In this document: piece after piece, positions 29,418 through 32,000 of the stretch
How the letters are laid out: every line of letters starts with the position of its first letter
Position numbering within the stretch: position 1 is the stretch's first letter
Assembly: GCF_001644705.1 (NCBI RefSeq)
Contig: NZ_CP015137.1
Coordinates: 450,001 to 482,000, forward strand
DNA: 32,000 bases
Reading direction: 5' to 3'
Source: Dickeya solani IPO 2222
GTDB lineage: Bacteria; Pseudomonadota; Gammaproteobacteria; Enterobacterales; Enterobacteriaceae
Made by a program: the position numbers and the translations under genes
The notes under the pieces: generated by a model
The model's input: the letters and a program-made list of their open reading frames with translations, nothing else
What the model was told of the DNA's origin: nothing
Databases searched by the model: none

Positions 29418-30368
29418 TTAGGTAATATCTTTTAATGATTCATCTGTCGGCGGTTCCCGCGTATCGTTTTCCGTTCCTGCGCTGACCGGCAGCAAATGCG
29501 AACGGGTACCAGACTCGATAGCGCTGAAAATCGCATTGGTCAGCTCGTTGTCATGATCCGGATTCCTGACCAGGTAATAACGAGTATCAGGCAGTCTCGG
29601 CAAGCCCTCCTCTTCACCCAGTACACGCAGTTCTGGACTCATCATTTCTACTGAACGAACGGTAATCCCAAGACCGGCTTTCACCGCCGCGCGCACTGCA
29701 GACAACGTAGAGGCAACATAAGAAATCTTCCACGGAATACCCGCTGCGGTCAGTTGATCCAGAGCCAGCGAACGGAACGGGCTCGGCTCATCCAACACCA
29801 CCAACGAAACCGTTTCCCCAGGCTGATACTGATAATCGGCCGCGCAATACCACAACGTCGGCGAGGTACGCAGCAACACATGCGGCAAATCGTTACTGCT
29901 GGTCGTAGTAATGACCAGATCAATTTCCCCCTGTTGCAGCATATCCGCCATTTCTGCGCTGCGTTTGATACTGACGGCGATCGACAGTTTCGGGAACACG
30001 GTAGTGACGCGCTGCAGGATGAAAGGCAGGATAGTATCCGCCGTATCATCAGATGCACCGATAGTCAGGGTGCCCTGAATATCGCTGTACATTAACGAGG
30101 CGCAGGCCTCGTCGTTAAACTGCAGGATTTTTCTGGCATATCCAAGAAACTGGATGCCATGCTCGGTCAGCAGCTTGTTTCGCCCGTGGCGGGCAAACAG
30201 CTCCTTACCAATCAACTGTTCCAGACGCTGCATCTGCTGGCTCACTGCTGACTGTGTTCTACACACAGCCACAGCGGCAGCTGCAAACGTGTTCAAATCT
30301 GCAACAGCGACGAACGTTCTCAACAGATCGAGATCAAGGTTGAGGACAGGGCGACTTGTATTTGTCAT
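29418..30368 (-). CDS. lrhA: LysR-family transcriptional regulator LrhA (PecT/HexA-type)
   Basis: The track ORF starts at GTG 30380. ATG 30368 gives [52 protein letters not shown], which aligns residue-for-residue with the E. coli LrhA N-terminus ([52 protein letters not shown]). The nuoA-lrhA-alaA synteny is conserved. Confidence 0.93.
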   Translation of the reverse strand: MTNTSRPVLNLDLDLLRTFVAVADLNTFAAAAVAVCRTQSAVSQQMQRLEQLIGKELFARHGRNKLLTEHGIQFLGYARKILQFNDEACASLMYSDIQGTLTIGASDDTADTILPFILQRVTTVFPKLSIAVSIKRSAEMADMLQQGEIDLVITTTSSNDLPHVLLRTSPTLWYCAADYQYQPGETVSLVVLDEPSPFRSLALDQLTAAGIPWKISYVASTLSAVRAAVKAGLGITVRSVEMMSPELRVLGEEEGLPRLPDTRYYLVRNPDHDNELTNAIFSAIESGTRSHLLPVSAGTENDTREPPTDESLKDIT

Positions 30369-31697
30369 ACGATTCTTCACTTATCTATTTTAATTTTTAA
30401 CAAACATACCTGGTGTTGATGTTGACGCTCCGGCAAGGGCCGGGCACACAATATTAAGACGGACAGTATCGCAGACGAACGGTTACGGCAAAAGGCCATG
30501 TATATTCCTTTCTCCGAATCGTCTCTTCCCTCAGCCTCCTTATTTTAAGCATCTTATTACGTAATCAGACTTTCAAAAAGAACCCTTTTATTTATTTTAG
30601 ATAATAAAATAAAAATCAAAAGAAAACCAGCTATCTCACTTCGTCGGCAATTTACAATCAAGAGATATAAGATTTTGATTGCACTTACGTTACGATACGC
30701 GCTCATCAAAATATACGACATCTCTTATTTTTCACTTTTAACGCATGCTTTGTGCATCATTGATTCTCTGTTTGCTTGAAAAAGACATTACGTTTAAAAC
30801 ATCAGCAAACTCTTAAATCACGCTATTCAATTTGAAATCCCGTTTTAATTCAATCATAAAAACCATCATGCCACCTGATGAATCCACTTAACCATCCTTT
30901 CACTTCACGACCGGTGGTTCTCAGACTGAAGTCGGCACCCTCGCATGCAAATACCGTTAATACAGTAAGTTACTATCACTGTATGACTCAGTTTTTATGT
31001 AAAGATTTATATATTTTTGTAAAATTGTTAAATAACACGAAAGGATATCACATGTAACATAAATTTTCATGAAGTTACGCGGAGAGGTTTTCTCCCGTCA
31101 AAAAGTTATCTTATGAGCAATGAGATATACCCGGTCTTTTTATTATCATTCTGATCTTTTCACGATTCATTTAAATAACGCTGTTTTTTATTATCAGCAA
31201 GTTGGCTGCATTTTATTTTTTTGCAGATAAGAGACACTCCCCATTTCCCCAGGAAGAAACATTTGCTTGCTCTTCTACCATTACCGTATTTAAAAAATGG
31301 TTTTTTATAACCCTCACGGCAGCCATCATTTTATGATACCGGTTTCAGCGGTCGAATCTGGTATAAAAAATACCTCAATTGCTTCTGAGATTATTCCTCG
31401 CGGCCACCGTCTGAACATGATTAATGCTTCGTCATGCGATCCGACCGGGTAATTTACCGACGCCAGCGGTTATTTTATAGATCTCGCTCTCAGTATTGAG
31501 CCATAAATCGATAACACCACCACACATAAGTAACACTTCATTAACAATGATATCATTTATCGCTCTGCCCATGATCGCTATCTGGAACCGGCTTCACAGC
31601 CATGGTAATGATTCTTCAAAACACACGGCGGGAAGAGTACATTAGATGGGCTAGGCGATTACTCATCAGGAATAGGATCCTGTAAAAGGTTTGTTAA
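30369..31697. promoter_or_regulatory. 1.3 kb AT-rich divergent control region between lrhA and alaA
   Basis: No ORF of 60 aa or more on either strand. The short ORFs I checked lack SD sequences. The region is strongly AT-rich. It must contain the lrhA promoter and leader and the alaA promoter. Confidence 0.6.
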
Positions 31698-32000
31698 ATG
31701 TCACCAATAGAAAAATCGAAAAAACTGGAAAACGTTTGTTACGATATTCGTGGTCCGGTACTAAAAGAAGCGAAACGACTGGAAGAAGAAGGCAACAAGG
31801 TACTCAAACTGAACATCGGCAACCCGGCGCCTTTCGGGTTCGATGCGCCGGATGAAATTCTGGTGGATGTCATACGTAATCTGCCGACTGCGCAAGGCTA
31901 CTGCGATTCCAAAGGACTCTATTCCGCCCGCAAAGCCATCGTACAGCACTATCAGGCCCGCGATATGCGCGACATCACGCTGGAAGACGTCTATATCGGC
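31698..32000 (+). CDS. alaA: AlaA (YfbQ) glutamate-pyruvate aminotransferase, 5' portion (continues beyond the right edge)
   Basis: Not in the ORF track because it is open-ended. ATG 31698 (AAAGG SD 8 nt upstream) gives MSPIEKSKKLENVCYDIRGPVLKEAKRLEEEGNKVLKLNIGNPAPFGFDAPDEILVDVIRNLPTAQGYCDSKGLYSARKAIVQHYQARDMRDITLEDVYIG. This matches the AlaA N-terminus, and the gene sits next to lrhA as in E. coli. Confidence 0.92.
   Translation, partial: MSPIEKSKKLENVCYDIRGPVLKEAKRLEEEGNKVLKLNIGNPAPFGFDAPDEILVDVIRNLPTAQGYCDSKGLYSARKAIVQHYQARDMRDITLEDVYIG

Noticed and set aside
31297-31452. 51-codon plus-strand ORF (MVFYNPHGSHHF...) and several ORFs of 13-36 codons in the lrhA-alaA spacer.
   Set aside because: None has an SD at a usable distance. 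Their sequences show no motif or coding-like composition. They are plausibly chance ORFs in AT-rich DNA.
31761-31949. 62-aa minus-strand ORF inside alaA.
   Set aside because: It is antisense to the clearly homologous AlaA reading frame.
1-32000. I looked for tRNA, rRNA, CRISPR repeats, IS or transposase ends, integrases, toxin-antitoxin pairs and defence-system-like gene clusters.
   Set aside because: I recognised none. All large ORFs are accounted for by hyb/hyp, ybiT, the PhzF-family gene, the multicopper oxidase, nuo, lrhA and alaA. I cannot support a claim of a novel multi-gene system in this window.

Overview
This is a GC-rich chromosomal segment from an Enterobacterales genome. The nuo-lrhA-alaA gene order matches E. 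coli. The LrhA orthologue is of the type called PecT or HexA in soft-rot Pectobacteriaceae, but that taxonomic hint is inference only. Almost everything is on the minus strand.

Left to right the window holds:
1. The [NiFe]-hydrogenase-2 cluster hybO-A-B-C-D-E-F, followed directly by hypB. hypB runs off the left edge and is absent from the supplied ORF track because it is open-ended.
2. A ~0.6 kb AT-rich hyb control region with a perfect FNR-type palindrome.
3. The ABC-F ATPase gene ybiT.
4. A plus-strand PhzF-family gene.
5. A visibly AT-richer accessory patch. It holds an unannotated 29-codon gene with its own strong sigma70 promoter, Shine-Dalgarno (SD) sequence and terminator, plus a 740-aa four-motif multicopper oxidase.
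6. The complete nuoA-N complex I operon (13 genes, with nuoC and nuoD fused).
7. lrhA, a 1.3 kb AT-rich non-coding spacer, and the 5' end of alaA. alaA is open-ended at the right edge and also missing from the ORF track.

I saw no tRNA or rRNA genes, CRISPR arrays, IS elements or integrases, and no convincing multi-gene novel system. The observations most worth a second look are the stand-alone small gene at 10871-10960, the 53-histidine insertion in HypB, and the low-GC multicopper-oxidase patch downstream of nuoN. Most long plus-strand ORFs in the track are antisense shadow ORFs of the real minus-strand genes. Coordinates I read off the printed sequence rather than the ORF track may be off by about 1 nt.
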